The notes: generated from the letters alone by a model not told the origin. A DNA stretch of 62,133 nt from an uncultured Planctomycetaceae bacterium (GCA_963976765.1 CAXBME010000017.1:124001-186133), one strand, 5' to 3'; positions 9,680 through 20,295 are shown, counted from the first letter of the stretch. Numbers and translations are program-made.

Positions 9680-10732
9680 ATGAGCGCATCGCTATCACTT
9701 CCCGGAACTGAGCATCATGAATCGCGTATCGTGATGCGGTCGATTGCCATGTTGTGTGGTGTGATGCTTGCCGGAACGGTCGGTTTTCTACTCATCGAGC
9801 CTGGCTGGACTCTTTGGAGAGCCATCTATTTCACGCTGATCACGATTACGACGGTCGGGTTTGGCGATGAAGGCATTTCAGAAACCGGGCAGAAATTTGC
9901 GTCAATACTTCTTGTAAGCGGGATCGGCACTGCAACCTGGACTCTGAGCACCGTCGTTCAGACTGCAGTGAGTTATCAATTCGATTGGCAACGCCGGATG
10001 AAAAAAATGATCAAAACGACAAGCGACCACATCATCATCTGCGGCTTCGGTCGAATCGGTCAGACCATTTGTAAGGAACTCGCAGCGTCTGACATCCCAT
10101 GCGTCGTCATTGACCGTGCCGAGGATCGCATCGCAGAAGCATTGGCCTGTGGATATATGGCGGTCATCGGTGACACAACGGACGAAGAGATTCTTCGCGA
10201 CGCAGGGCTCGAGCGTGCTCGAGGAATCGTATGTGCCACCAGCTCTGACGCGGAAAATGTCTTCATCACGTTGACGGCTCGAGAAATTAATCCCAGCGTG
10301 ATGATTGCCAGTCGAGCGAACGCTGACACGTCGGCTCGGCGGATGGAGCATGCTGGAGCGTCGCTGGTTGTTTCGCCGTTTCTGACGGCCGGGATTGACC
10401 TGGCGAGAGCCATTATTAAGCCGCACCTGGCAGAGCTGCTCAGAAGTTCGCAGCGGTCCGACGGTGACTTTGCCTTGTCGGAAGTTCTGGTCGAGCCTTG
10501 CTCAATTCTGGAAGGACAGACACCGCGGACCTACGGGCAGGAAGAAGGCTCGATCTCCTTCATCGCGATCAAACGAGAAGGCGAAGGCACGATTTATCGA
10601 CCAGGCGGCCAGGAAACGTTCCGACCACATGACATCATCATCGCTGCCGGGGCTCCGGACGCGCTGGCGCGGATGTCAAAGACAGCTCGTCCGATGCAGA
10701 GTCAGAGCAAGCGACAACTCGTCCACGCATAG
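9680..10732 (+). CDS. Potassium channel (2 TM and pore) with RCK_N/RCK_C domains, MthK-like
   Basis: TITTVGFG selectivity filter, ICGFGRIG Rossmann motif and C-terminal RCK_C. Confidence 0.92.
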   Translation: MSASLSLPGTEHHESRIVMRSIAMLCGVMLAGTVGFLLIEPGWTLWRAIYFTLITITTVGFGDEGISETGQKFASILLVSGIGTATWTLSTVVQTAVSYQFDWQRRMKKMIKTTSDHIIICGFGRIGQTICKELAASDIPCVVIDRAEDRIAEALACGYMAVIGDTTDEEILRDAGLERARGIVCATSSDAENVFITLTAREINPSVMIASRANADTSARRMEHAGASLVVSPFLTAGIDLARAIIKPHLAELLRSSQRSDGDFALSEVLVEPCSILEGQTPRTYGQEEGSISFIAIKREGEGTIYRPGGQETFRPHDIIIAAGAPDALARMSKTARPMQSQSKRQLVHA

Positions 10733-10781
10733 ACACGGTGACTCGTTCGGTTGGTCATTCTTCTGGTCGAGGCGTCAGAGA

Positions 10782-12458
10782 TCACTCAATGCTGAACCGA
10801 GCGGCCATCGGCATGCGGCGACCGGTGCCGAACGCCCGGCTCGAAAGCTTGATCCCGGGCGGCATTTGTCGGCGTTTGAACTCGTTCCAGTCGAGACGTG
10901 ACGCCACCCAGGCAACGGTTTCCGGCGGAAAGTGCTTTGACACTGTGGCGACAGATTCTTCCCGTTCGATCAGACGTTCGAGGATTCCGTCGAGAATCGG
11001 ATACGGCGGCAGTGTGTCCTGGTCGACCTGATCTGGAGCCAGTTCGGCGCTCGGCGGCTTGCCAATTGTCCTTTCGGGAATGACTTCGCGTTTCTCTCGC
11101 ACGTCGTTGATGTGTCGGGAAATTCCGTAGACGTCCTTCTTGAAAATGTCGCTCAGCACGGCGAAACCACCGCACATATCGCCGTAAAGCGTGCAGTAAC
11201 CTACGGCGAGTTCGCTTTTGTTTCCCGTCGCCAGAGCCATCCAGCCGTGTCGGTTGCTCCGAGTCATGACAATGCCGCCGCGGATTCTCGCCTGTAGATT
11301 CTGATCAGCCAGTCCTCCCGGCTGAGAGAGCAGGTCGTCGCCTACGACCGCCGTTTGCTCGTACGCCTTGTGCATGGCGTCAATGGGGACAACTTCGTAA
11401 TCGACTCCCAGGGCTTCAGCGAGTTGCCGAGCATCGTCCACACTGTGAGCGCTGCTGTAACGACTCGGCATGGCAATGCCGTGAACGTGTTCGGGGCCGA
11501 CAGCCTCCGCAGCAATGTAGCAGGCCAGCGCGCTATCGATGCCGCCGCTCAGGCCCAGTACGCAGTCGGTAAATCCACACTTCTTCACGTAGTCACGCAG
11601 GCCGAGAATCAGCGCGTCCAGCATTTCCTGATGATCGCTGCTCGTGCCGGCTCGACTCGGCAGACTTGCCGCTGAAACGGCAGCCAGCGGCAGCTCAACG
11701 ATGCGCGACTCCGAAACAAATGCCTTGAGCTGCTCGCATACGTTGCCGTCCTCGCTGACGCAGAAGCTGTTTCCGTCGAAGACGAGATCGTCGTTTCCCC
11801 CCACCTGATTCACGAAGAGAAACGGACGACGGTGTTTTGATACATGCTGCTGGATCAGCTCCTGCCGACGATTGTGTTTGTGCTTCTCAAAGGGACTCGC
11901 CGATAGATTGATGAAGGCGTCAACTCCCGCCTCAGCCAGTCGCGTGATCGGGTCTGGAGATGATGTCGGGTCGTCGTGGTACGACGTTGAAGTGTGCCCC
12001 CACCAGGCGTCTTCGCAGATATGAACTCCGAGACGAAGCCCGCGAAACTCGACTGGCTGGACTCGATCCGCTGGACGAAAATAACGGCGTTCGTCAAAGA
12101 CGTCGTACGTCGGCAGCAGCGATTTGTGGACGGTCGCTGAGACTTTGCCGTTGCAGAGCAAACTGGCTCCGTTGGCGATTCGGCTGTTGGGGACGTTTCG
12201 TTTCGTCGGATGTCCCAGAAGCACACCGACCTTCGCCGGCAGCGACGCGGCCAGCGAGTCAATCGCTGCATCGCAGGCGTCGACAAAACCCTGTCGCAAC
12301 AAGAGATCGCGAGGCGGGTAGCCGCTGAGAACCAGTTCGGACAGCACAACCAGCTCGGCACCGCGATTGGCTGCCTGCTGAACAGCGTCCCCAACAAGCT
12401 GCGAATTTCCTCGAACATCGCCAACCGTTGGGTTGAGCTGGACCAGTGCCGTCTTCAC
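10782..12458 (-). CDS. nadE: Glutamine-dependent NAD+ synthetase
   Basis: Nitrilase domain ([31 protein letters not shown]) plus [22 protein letters not shown] and PSAEL. GTG start at 12458 with a GAGGA SD. Confidence 0.95.
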   Translation of the reverse strand: MKTALVQLNPTVGDVRGNSQLVGDAVQQAANRGAELVVLSELVLSGYPPRDLLLRQGFVDACDAAIDSLAASLPAKVGVLLGHPTKRNVPNSRIANGASLLCNGKVSATVHKSLLPTYDVFDERRYFRPADRVQPVEFRGLRLGVHICEDAWWGHTSTSYHDDPTSSPDPITRLAEAGVDAFINLSASPFEKHKHNRRQELIQQHVSKHRRPFLFVNQVGGNDDLVFDGNSFCVSEDGNVCEQLKAFVSESRIVELPLAAVSAASLPSRAGTSSDHQEMLDALILGLRDYVKKCGFTDCVLGLSGGIDSALACYIAAEAVGPEHVHGIAMPSRYSSAHSVDDARQLAEALGVDYEVVPIDAMHKAYEQTAVVGDDLLSQPGGLADQNLQARIRGGIVMTRSNRHGWMALATGNKSELAVGYCTLYGDMCGGFAVLSDIFKKDVYGISRHINDVREKREVIPERTIGKPPSAELAPDQVDQDTLPPYPILDGILERLIEREESVATVSKHFPPETVAWVASRLDWNEFKRRQMPPGIKLSSRAFGTGRRMPMAARFSIE

Positions 12459-12716
12459 AGGATCTTCCTCACGCAATTCACGAAGTGTCATCGAACGAGC
12501 CAATCGATCTGTCAAAGCGGTATCAGACAATGGTTTCCAGTCGGATGCCAGCGTGACGCCAGCGAACGGGTTCCAGCCATTCTGCGGGAGGTCATTCAGC
12601 GTCAGAACCGGCAGCATCGTTAGTACTGGCTTGATCGACGTCTGCTGCTGGAGTTGGCCCCGGCGGAGTGCCGATCTCATGAAAAGAGCCACCGTGACTG
12701 TTTTTGGGATCCGCTG

Positions 12717-13661
12717 ATGCCAGTTCGCAAGACACCTCGATCTGCTGCCGGTGATGCTTCGCCCAGGAACCCGATTTCGCTGCACCTGATGCCGTTTCTC
12801 CATTACCTGGAGGCAGAATGCGGTCTGGCTCGAAACACCGTGCACGCTTACGGGTCCGACCTCAAGCAGTTCGCAGTCTGGTACGGCGATCACGGCCCGG
12901 CCAACCCGAACGAAATAACGCTCGATGTATTGACACGCTACATCCACGAGTTGCGTAAGCGGGAACTCGCCGCGACGACCGTCGCGCGGCATCTCGTCGC
13001 GGTCAGAATGCTGTTTCGCTATATGGTGCTGGAGGGGCTGCTCGAAAAGTCGATTGCTGAATCACTGAGTTCGCCCAAACTCTGGCAATACCTGCCCAAA
13101 GTTCTGGGGCCGGCGGCTGTCGAACGCTTGCTCAACGCGCCTGATCACTCTGACCGATTCCGGCTTCGAGACCGCGCGTTACTTTGCCTGCTCTACGCAA
13201 CCGGCTGTCGCGCGTCTGAAGTCACGAACCTCAGGCTCAGCAAAGTGTTCCTCGACGAACGTTACGCTCGCTGCATTGGCAAGGGAAATAAGGAACGCAT
13301 CGTCGGCCTGAACCCGGTTGCGGTTTCGGCGATTGAGGCATGGATCGAAGGCGAACGATCAAAGCTCGTTCGCGAAGGCGACGAACCCTGGCTGCTGCTC
13401 AACGCACGCGGCAAACAGCTTTCGCGGATTTCGGTGTGGGGCATCGTCAAGAAATACGCCGAACGAGTCGGCTGCGGAGAAGGCGTCAGTCCGCACACTT
13501 TGCGACACAGCTTTGCGACTCACATGCTGGCCGGCGGAGCCGAAATTCGAGCTCTCCAGGAGATGCTCGGTCACGCCAGTATCTCGACCACGCAAATCTA
13601 CACGCATGTCGAACACAGCCGCCTGAAAGCCATCCATTCGAAGTGTCATCCCCGTGGGTAG
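12717..13661 (+). CDS. xerD: Tyrosine recombinase XerD
   Basis: [42 protein letters not shown] and C-terminal HPRG. Confidence 0.88.
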   Translation: MPVRKTPRSAAGDASPRNPISLHLMPFLHYLEAECGLARNTVHAYGSDLKQFAVWYGDHGPANPNEITLDVLTRYIHELRKRELAATTVARHLVAVRMLFRYMVLEGLLEKSIAESLSSPKLWQYLPKVLGPAAVERLLNAPDHSDRFRLRDRALLCLLYATGCRASEVTNLRLSKVFLDERYARCIGKGNKERIVGLNPVAVSAIEAWIEGERSKLVREGDEPWLLLNARGKQLSRISVWGIVKKYAERVGCGEGVSPHTLRHSFATHMLAGGAEIRALQEMLGHASISTTQIYTHVEHSRLKAIHSKCHPRG

Positions 13662-13670
13662 CGATTTCCG

Positions 13671-14663
13671 TCAACGTTTGTTTTTGGTGGAGGCGACTTT
13701 CGTGGCGATTCGATTCAGCACCTGCTGGGCTCGAACTTCGCCTTCCTGTCTGCCGTGGTGGTACGCTGCCTGCATGCGAGTGACCAGGTTCTGCATCGTC
13801 GATCGGTAGACTTCGAATTCCAGTCGAGCCGACTCGATTCCGTCAAACGAGATTCGGGGGATGACGTAGGACTTTCGGATATTTACGAACCAGCGTTTCT
13901 TGCCAGCATAGCTCGTTTCACCAGCGTCCATTTCTTTGATATAGCGAGCCAGCCGGGTGGCCGCATCACGGAGAGCCCGCCTGGCTTCCTGCCAGTCGTC
14001 CTGATCGGAACGGTCTGAGTAGAGGCGTTCGTCCGGTCCCAGATCGCGGTTCATTGTCCCGAGCCGAACCTGCAAATCGAGCAACTGTTTCTGAAGACTC
14101 TGAAGTTGCCGTTCGGCCTGGAGACTGCTTTTCCAATCGCGCTCCATGCTGTCGAACATTTCCTCGATTTGATCTTCGGTGAACTCATGCTCGTCGTCGG
14201 ACTTTCTGCCATACTCAGCGAGATTCTGCATCGGCGGCGGATCGACATAAAATACGATGTTTGGATCGGCACCAGGTGGCGGACCGACGATCGGTTGATC
14301 GAAATATGGAGCCGTACCGCCCTGCCCCTGAAACGAGAAACCGAACAACAAACACATCGGCACGCAGGCGGCGTCCAGTCCCAGCGTCTGTGCAAGATAT
14401 CGAACGGTAACCGGCGCAACGGCAGAGCCATCATCTGACGGAACCTGCAAAACGATCGCCGTTGGCAGATGTTGCGGTTTGAACCATGCCCAGAACATTC
14501 GCGGCGGGGTCGTTGGAAGCTGGATTGGCTCCCAGCTGGCGGATGGTGGTCGGGCTGCGAATGCAAGGCGGCAGTCATTCATTGCCGGATTCTGAAAGCT
14601 GCCGTCACTCATTCGTTGTCTCTCGCCGAGGCCCTGACCACCACCTGAATCTTCAGCATTCAT
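13671..14663 (-). CDS. Hypothetical protein (Pro-rich N-terminal domain plus long helical/coiled-coil C-terminal half)
   Basis: 330-aa ORF filling the gap between xerD and alkA; heptad-like LQAERQLQSLQKQLLDLQVRL. Confidence 0.7.
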   Translation of the reverse strand: MNAEDSGGGQGLGERQRMSDGSFQNPAMNDCRLAFAARPPSASWEPIQLPTTPPRMFWAWFKPQHLPTAIVLQVPSDDGSAVAPVTVRYLAQTLGLDAACVPMCLLFGFSFQGQGGTAPYFDQPIVGPPPGADPNIVFYVDPPPMQNLAEYGRKSDDEHEFTEDQIEEMFDSMERDWKSSLQAERQLQSLQKQLLDLQVRLGTMNRDLGPDERLYSDRSDQDDWQEARRALRDAATRLARYIKEMDAGETSYAGKKRWFVNIRKSYVIPRISFDGIESARLEFEVYRSTMQNLVTRMQAAYHHGRQEGEVRAQQVLNRIATKVASTKNKR

Positions 14664-14914
14664 CCTGACGTATCAGTGGCGAAAGAGGAATTGGTTTTGT
14701 TCAAAATCGCCCAGCAGGTGCCTTCCAAAGCCCTCACCTTGTCAGCATAAGATTCCGCGCAGGCCATAGGATGGTTCAGCTCGAGTACCGACGGTATGCC
14801 GACTTTTCATGAATCGACGTGTTCTTCTTCGCCAATTTAAGGCTCCTTTCAGGCACCCGGAATAAGAGATTCGCCTGTTCGTGAAGCTGTCACCACCGTT
14901 TTCGGGGTGGAGCC

Positions 14915-15586
14915 TTATTCAGTCGGGATATCTGTTTCCAGACTTCGCCAGCAATACCAGCTGCCGATCGTCGCGTACGGCTGCCATTTCTCAGCGATCG
15001 CTCGAAAGTCGTCGTGAGAAGCCTGTGGATTCAACCCGTACAGATTCAGCATGGCGTTGCGAACGCCAAGATCATCGACGGGAAACACATCGAGCCGTCC
15101 CAGCGAAAACATCAGAAACATCTCCGCCGTCCAGCGACCGATTCCTCGCACCTGAATCAGCGTCTTGATGACGTCATCATTCGAAAGGCGACCGATCTTC
15201 GCTAGTGCTACCTCGCCGTTTTCGACCTTCCCGGCCAGATCAAGTATGTACTCGGCCTTGCGTTGCGAGCACCCGGCGCCTCGCAGCTCGTCAACGCTCA
15301 GAGCAAGCAAACTGGTCGGAATGACGCTCTTTGAACCGCTGCGGGATTCAACCAGCGAAACCACACGGTCTCGCACTGTCCGAGCCGCCGCTGTCGAAAT
15401 CTGCTGAGAAAGAATCGACCGAACCAGCATCCAGAATCGATCGCGTTCGGACCTCAAAGTGCAAGCCCCGACGTGATCGATCACTCGCCGCATGACCGGA
15501 TCAACATTGCGAAGATGTCGCATCGCAAGCTTGTGCTGATCAGATTTCGATTGACGTTCAGCCACGACGACAGACCGTTTCATCAT
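14915..15586 (-). CDS. alkA: DNA-3-methyladenine glycosylase II (HhH-GPD)
   Basis: LVRSILSQQISTAAA, LIQVRGIGRWTAEMFLMF, FPVDDLG and WQPY. Confidence 0.88.
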   Translation of the reverse strand: MMKRSVVVAERQSKSDQHKLAMRHLRNVDPVMRRVIDHVGACTLRSERDRFWMLVRSILSQQISTAAARTVRDRVVSLVESRSGSKSVIPTSLLALSVDELRGAGCSQRKAEYILDLAGKVENGEVALAKIGRLSNDDVIKTLIQVRGIGRWTAEMFLMFSLGRLDVFPVDDLGVRNAMLNLYGLNPQASHDDFRAIAEKWQPYATIGSWYCWRSLETDIPTE

Positions 15587-15605
15587 TCAGGACTGGAAGA
15601 TGGAG

Positions 15606-15674
15606 AATCATGAGGCACACGAAAAGATACGGGGTAATGAATTATCTTCGGTGTCTTTTCGTGTGTTCGGTAGT
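15606..15674. repeat. Intergenic long-hairpin element with 9-nt internal period (CAC-type)
   Basis: Core arms CACACGAAAAGATAC (15616-15630) and GTGTCTTTTCGTGTG (15651-15665). Confidence 0.7.
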
Positions 15675-15712
15675 CTTATTATGTCATTGACGTTTCCGCT
15701 TCGGCGGACGCC

Positions 15713-15733
15713 GTCAGGCAGAGCCTGGCCTAC
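15713..15733 (-). repeat. GTAG-type REP overlapping the M61 peptidase stop codon
   Basis: Minus strand GTAGGCCAGGCTCTGCCTGAC; its TAG is the stop at 15732-15730. Confidence 0.75.
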
Positions 15734-17583
15734 CTGTCGTGGAGCCAGTCGGCGAGGCGTCGTTTCTGGTCGTCGGTCGGTTGCTCGATGACGGACAGCT
15801 TCCACACCTTCGCGGGTCCTTCGCCCAGTACGAGACGAAGTGTTGAAAGTCGTTCGCGACGAGCGATCAGGACACCGACCGAGTCTCCTGGTTGGTACTG
15901 CTTCAGCCGATCTGAAAATTGCTTCGCCGTGACGCGGTAATCATCGATCGCCAGGATTTCGTCACTCACGTTGAACCCCGCCTCGAAGGCCGGTGAATCT
16001 CGCAGGACTTTTGTGATAACCAGTCGACCAGAAGAATCTTCCGTCGTTAGGCCAATCCAGGGCGTTTTCTTTGGCCCGGATGCCTTCGTGTTTTCAGAAG
16101 GCTCAGATTCATCGGCATTGTTTTCGAGTTTCTTCGACTTCGGTGTTTGAAACTGCAAGCCGTACCAGTCGAGCATCTTCGAGTAATCGAACTCGTCGAC
16201 GCCGTCGATGTAGCATTCGAACCATGCCGTCAGGTCTTTGCCGGAAACCTCGGCGACAATTGATCGGAAGTCGCTTTGTGAGTACCCGACTTCGCCGACG
16301 TGACGCTCGTAGAGAATTCTCATGACGTCGTCGAGCGATTTCCTCCCGTCCGTCGCCGACCGAATTTCAGCATCCAGCAGGAAGGCCGCCACCGCTCCCT
16401 TGTTGTAATAACTGACCTGCGAGTTGCCAGAGTTTTCGTTCGGGCGGTACAGCTTGATCCACGTGTCGTGCGAAGAATCGCTGAGGCTTTGAATGTTGCG
16501 ACCGGGTGTTGTCTGCAGAGTTTCAATCTGCTTTGAGACGGTTTCCAGATACTCCTTCTGAGAGATCAGCCCACAACGTGCGAGCTGAAGGTCGTCGTAG
16601 TAACTCGTAATCCCTTCAGCGATCCAGAGACTTCGAAGGTAGATTTCGTTTTCGTAGTCGTATTCGACGAGCGGCTTCGGACGCAGCCGACGCACGTTCC
16701 ATGTGTGAAAGAATTCGTGACTGGCCAGCCCCAGCCAGCGAACGTACTTTTCACGATCGCGGTAGTACCACCGACTGATCATCATGACGGTCGAGTTGTC
16801 GTGTTCGAGGCCGCCACCCGATTCGACCAGTAGATTGAAAAAGATGTATCGAGGGTACGGAACGACGCCCCAAAGTTTGTGATGCTCGACGACGATCTTT
16901 TCCAGGTCGCGTGCGGTCACGGCGCCGTCCCAGATTTCTCCTTCGCCGATACTGACCAGCAGGTGTTCGCGGTCGCCGACTGTGAACGGGTAGATGTCCG
17001 GGTTGCCGCAGAGAATTGGCGAGTCGACCAGTTCGTCGAAGTCTTCCGCGATAAAAGTTTGTTTGTCGCCGTCGAGGTTTGGCAACGAGCAGATGGCATG
17101 CTTCCAGTTGTCCGGCAATTCAAGGCTGACCTGATACCTGTCCTGAAGTGCGTCGACCGGCGCGAGGAATGTCGACGCTCCGTTAAGCAGTGCGAAGTCG
17201 CTTTCAATCTGGTTGGTGCGAACGGTCATCTCGTTGCAGTAAAGCCGGTACTTCACGACAACCGTTTTCGCATCGCCACATTTCACCTGCCAGCGGTTTT
17301 TGCGACTTCGCGAGACGACGAGTTCTTCACCGTCACCGTCGCTCGCCGAAATTGTTTCGACATGCCGAGCGTATTCTCGAATGAGGTACGAACCGGGAGT
17401 CCACGTGGGCATCATCAGTTCGAACTGATGATGTCCTCCGCTTTCACATCGGAGTTCGACATCCGCGTAATGATTCTTCGCCTGCGAAAAACGAATTGTG
17501 TACTCGACCAAAGCTCCTTCGACGCCATCCGAAGTCAGCAAAGCAAACCCTCCAATAATGATTCCCAACCAGTTTCTGGTCAC
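15730..17583 (-). CDS. M61 family glycyl aminopeptidase with C-terminal PDZ domain, secreted
   Basis: MPTWTPGSY, GGGLEH, HEFFHTWN, WIAEGITSYY and SYYNKG; PDZ SPAFEAG; N-terminal signal. GTG 17583 with an AGGAG SD. Confidence 0.92.
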   Translation of the reverse strand: MTRNWLGIIIGGFALLTSDGVEGALVEYTIRFSQAKNHYADVELRCESGGHHQFELMMPTWTPGSYLIREYARHVETISASDGDGEELVVSRSRKNRWQVKCGDAKTVVVKYRLYCNEMTVRTNQIESDFALLNGASTFLAPVDALQDRYQVSLELPDNWKHAICSLPNLDGDKQTFIAEDFDELVDSPILCGNPDIYPFTVGDREHLLVSIGEGEIWDGAVTARDLEKIVVEHHKLWGVVPYPRYIFFNLLVESGGGLEHDNSTVMMISRWYYRDREKYVRWLGLASHEFFHTWNVRRLRPKPLVEYDYENEIYLRSLWIAEGITSYYDDLQLARCGLISQKEYLETVSKQIETLQTTPGRNIQSLSDSSHDTWIKLYRPNENSGNSQVSYYNKGAVAAFLLDAEIRSATDGRKSLDDVMRILYERHVGEVGYSQSDFRSIVAEVSGKDLTAWFECYIDGVDEFDYSKMLDWYGLQFQTPKSKKLENNADESEPSENTKASGPKKTPWIGLTTEDSSGRLVITKVLRDSPAFEAGFNVSDEILAIDDYRVTAKQFSDRLKQYQPGDSVGVLIARRERLSTLRLVLGEGPAKVWKLSVIEQPTDDQKRRLADWLHDR

Positions 17584-17658
17584 GCGGTGCTCCTGAAAAT
17601 AGCCACGAATAAATGGTCGTGTCCGGAGTAACTTCTGAAAGTTGGTCTTTGATCTTTT

Positions 17659-17718
17659 GCCACGGAGCACACCGAGTACCGACTGTAAAATCTCTGAGAC
17701 CTCTGTGTTCTCTGTGGC
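17659..17718. repeat. Intergenic long-hairpin element with 9-nt internal period (CAC-type)
   Basis: GCCACGGAGCACACCGAG ... CTCTGTGTTCTCTGTGGC inverted arms. Confidence 0.75.
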
Positions 17719-17750
17719 TGAAAATTCTGCCCGGCATTGCAGGCCAGTCG

Positions 17751-19193
17751 TCAGGATGCTGCTTTAAGTTGTTTCGCGATCTGACGTCCCATCTCGCGAG
17801 CGGAAATGTCGTCCTGCCCGGTCATGATTTTCCCGTCGATCACGATGTCGTCAGCAGCCGTGCCTGGATTGCCCACCGAATTCGGGGCGACCATTTTCGC
17901 ACCGTTCTGTTCCGAACCCCATCGCGACGACGGCTGACTTTGACGGCCTTTGTAGATTCCCGCAGGTCCTTGCCGAGTCGGGCCAGTCGCTCGTCGGCCT
18001 GCCAGCAGACTGCGCCCATTGACGCGAGACCATGCCAGCACTGACACGCCGTGACACAACGCGCAGACATACTTGTCCTGCTCGACGAACGCGTTGATCA
18101 ACCGGTTAGTCGCTTCCTTCGTTGGCCGATCGCCATTGTAAGCACGGTTGTTGTAGCTGCCCTGAAACGCGTACTGGTACATCGACGAGCCCCAGCCGCC
18201 AGAGAACAGAATCGCTCGGTAGCGGCTCGGCTCGGCTTCAGCGATGGCGAGATCCGGATGAACGATCCCGTCACTGCCGCCCTGCCCCGAGTTCGCGTGA
18301 GGTCGACAAGGAGCCTTTCGCCCGGCAGCGACTTCGACAGTGAATCCAGCACGTTCGAGTTCTTCTCGGGGATCTGCGTACTCGCGGTAAAAGAAACCGT
18401 CGTTGGCAATGACGATCAAAACCCGGTCGCCTCCTTCTGAAACCGGTCGTCGACGCGGCGTAGTCGCTGGTCGAGGATTCGTTGGAACGGGTGTCGTGGT
18501 CGGTGTTCGAGGTCGGCTCGGCGAAGTGGTTGATGCAAGGTCGATCGTCCCATTGACTGATTGAACTTCGACCGAGTGAAACCGCGTCTCGGAATCCCAT
18601 GCACCGATTCCGAGTACTTTCTTCGATGGCAGCCGCCAGGTTTCCAGAATGCTGAGGTCCGATCCGTCACCTCGGTAGGTCGATAAAAGCTTTCCGTCCA
18701 GGAAGGCTTCAACGCGATCTCGTCGCACACGCAATTCGACTGTGTATTTCTGACCGTTGACCAGCGTCACATTCTCAGCCCGAGTCGAATTCTGGCGAGC
18801 GTCTTTCCCGCCGACATTTTGAAAGCCGGCCAGGTGCTGCCCCCAGGCGTCGACATCAAAAGCCGCCTGACCGGTCCCGGAAACAAACATCAGCACGACC
18901 GAGTGCTGACCTGTTTGCCGAGTAAACGTCACTTTGAAGTCGTACTCACCCGTCGGCTCGACCGGCAACGCCATCCGGGAACCAGCCGCAGCATCGGTCG
19001 TTAATCCATCGGACGTTTTCCGCCACTGACCAGCGACAGTACCGTGATCGAGATTTGCCAGATGGATCAGGTTGTCTGACGCCTTTCGCGCCGGATTGTC
19101 GTCTGCTCTACCGGTTGATCCCACAGCGAAACACACAACGGCGACGATCGCAACGGCCCGGTTCAGGGCTCTAGTCTGGCTGGTCGAAAGCAT
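17751..19193 (-). CDS. Secreted DJ-1/PfpI-family protein with an N-terminal concanavalin/DUF1080-like beta-sandwich
   Basis: Signal peptide, beta-rich N-domain, Pro/Thr linker, then [21 protein letters not shown] and ALCHG (DJ-1 Cys-His). Confidence 0.78.
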   Translation of the reverse strand: MLSTSQTRALNRAVAIVAVVCFAVGSTGRADDNPARKASDNLIHLANLDHGTVAGQWRKTSDGLTTDAAAGSRMALPVEPTGEYDFKVTFTRQTGQHSVVLMFVSGTGQAAFDVDAWGQHLAGFQNVGGKDARQNSTRAENVTLVNGQKYTVELRVRRDRVEAFLDGKLLSTYRGDGSDLSILETWRLPSKKVLGIGAWDSETRFHSVEVQSVNGTIDLASTTSPSRPRTPTTTPVPTNPRPATTPRRRPVSEGGDRVLIVIANDGFFYREYADPREELERAGFTVEVAAGRKAPCRPHANSGQGGSDGIVHPDLAIAEAEPSRYRAILFSGGWGSSMYQYAFQGSYNNRAYNGDRPTKEATNRLINAFVEQDKYVCALCHGVSVLAWSRVNGRSLLAGRRATGPTRQGPAGIYKGRQSQPSSRWGSEQNGAKMVAPNSVGNPGTAADDIVIDGKIMTGQDDISAREMGRQIAKQLKAAS

Positions 19194-19322
19194 GGTCTTC
19201 CTTCTGGCTGTGGCCTGTGATTGCTCTATCGTGTCAGGTCTTCGAGACACGATCAAACCGGCGGCTCGACAACGGCTGCAATTTTCCGACACGATCTCCG
19301 AAAAAATAAGTCGATGGCTACG

Positions 19323-19355
19323 AAAAAAGGCCGCTCAGAGGGCTGAGCGGCCTTT
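19323..19355 (-). terminator. Rho-independent terminator of rpsD
   Basis: AAAAAAGGCCGCTCAG-AGGG-CTGAGCGGCCTTT; U-tract on the minus strand. Confidence 0.85.
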
Positions 19356-19381
19356 AGCTTCTCGATTTTTTGCGTCAAAGA

Positions 19382-19990
19382 CTAACGTCCCATGAACGCG
19401 ATAACCTTACCGACTTCCACTGGCAGACTGACGTCGCTCATGTGTGGGGCGGCGGTGACTGTTGCTTTCAGCTCGTTCTGATCAAAGCTGATCCAGTCAC
19501 AGGCTGGAGCGGTATTAGCTGCTGCCATCTCTTTGTAAAGATTGAGCAGATTCGGTCGGTTTCGAATCGTGATCACGTCGCCAGGCTTCACCTGCATCGA
19601 CGGTTTGTCGACGGTTTTGCCATTCAATTGAAAGTGGCGGTGGACGATTCCCTGACGGGCTTGCGGTCGCGAGAGCGCAAAACCAGCTCGGCGAACCACG
19701 TTGTCCAGCCGACATTCACACATGACGAGCAGGTTTTCACCAGTGTTGCCCGGCTTGCGGCGTGCCACGTCGTAAAACTTGCGAAGCTGTTCTTCTCGGA
19801 AGCCGTAATAGAACTTGATCTTCTGCTTTTCCGCCAGCGCGACCCCGTATTCAGACACCTTTCGACGTCTTTGGACTGGTCCGGGAGGGTTCTCGCGTGC
19901 TTCGAACGCCTTCTGAGCACCCGCGTTTTCAAAAATAACAGTTCCGAGACGACGGTTAATTCGTCCCTTTGGTCCAGTGTATCGACCCAT
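19382..19990 (-). CDS. rpsD: 30S ribosomal protein S4 (stand-alone)
   Basis: MGRYTGPK, SEYGVALAEKQK, ECRLDNVVRR and ARQGIVHRH; AAGGAG SD. Confidence 0.97.
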   Translation of the reverse strand: MGRYTGPKGRINRRLGTVIFENAGAQKAFEARENPPGPVQRRRKVSEYGVALAEKQKIKFYYGFREEQLRKFYDVARRKPGNTGENLLVMCECRLDNVVRRAGFALSRPQARQGIVHRHFQLNGKTVDKPSMQVKPGDVITIRNRPNLLNLYKEMAAANTAPACDWISFDQNELKATVTAAPHMSDVSLPVEVGKVIAFMGR

Positions 19991-20152
19991 TCAGGTGCTC
20001 CTTAAAGCGTTACAGAGATTGACTTTATCGCGCTTCCAGATGATCCGGTCCGGGATATCTGACGCAGTCATGGATGTCGTAAGGGGCGAGACTCTAAGTA
20101 TTTACGTCGCCGGATTCAACCATCACCATGCGACTGGCAGAAGCCCCAGGTC

Positions 20153-20295
20153 GTAGGTCAGGGTCTGCCTGACAAAGTCTCGGCCACGATGCCACATGGG
20201 TAGAACTTAGAACCACAGATAATGAGTGTGGCAATTTCCGTGTAATCCTATGTCTTCCGTGGTTTTGAAATTCCGTCAGGCCGAGCCTGACCTAC
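20153..20295. repeat. REPIN-like inverted pair of GTAG REPs enclosing a 9-nt-periodic hairpin element
   Basis: GTAGGTCAGGGTCTGCCTGAC (20153-20173) and GTCAGGCCGAGCCTGACCTAC (20275-20295); internal AACCACAGAT...TTCCGTGGTT (20211-20264). Confidence 0.78.

Noticed and set aside
12459..12992. 178-aa N-terminal extension of NadE in the ORF track
   Set aside because: Overlaps divergent xerD. The nitrilase domain starts at GTG 12458 with an SD.
12717..13661. xerD as a mobile-element integrase
   Set aside because: Housekeeping XerD features (HPRG end) and core-gene neighbours; no att or cargo.
16879..17631. 250-aa plus-strand ORF, and similar antisense ORFs over rpsD, DUF1501, Gfo and phoD
   Set aside because: Shadows of well-supported genes on the opposite strand.
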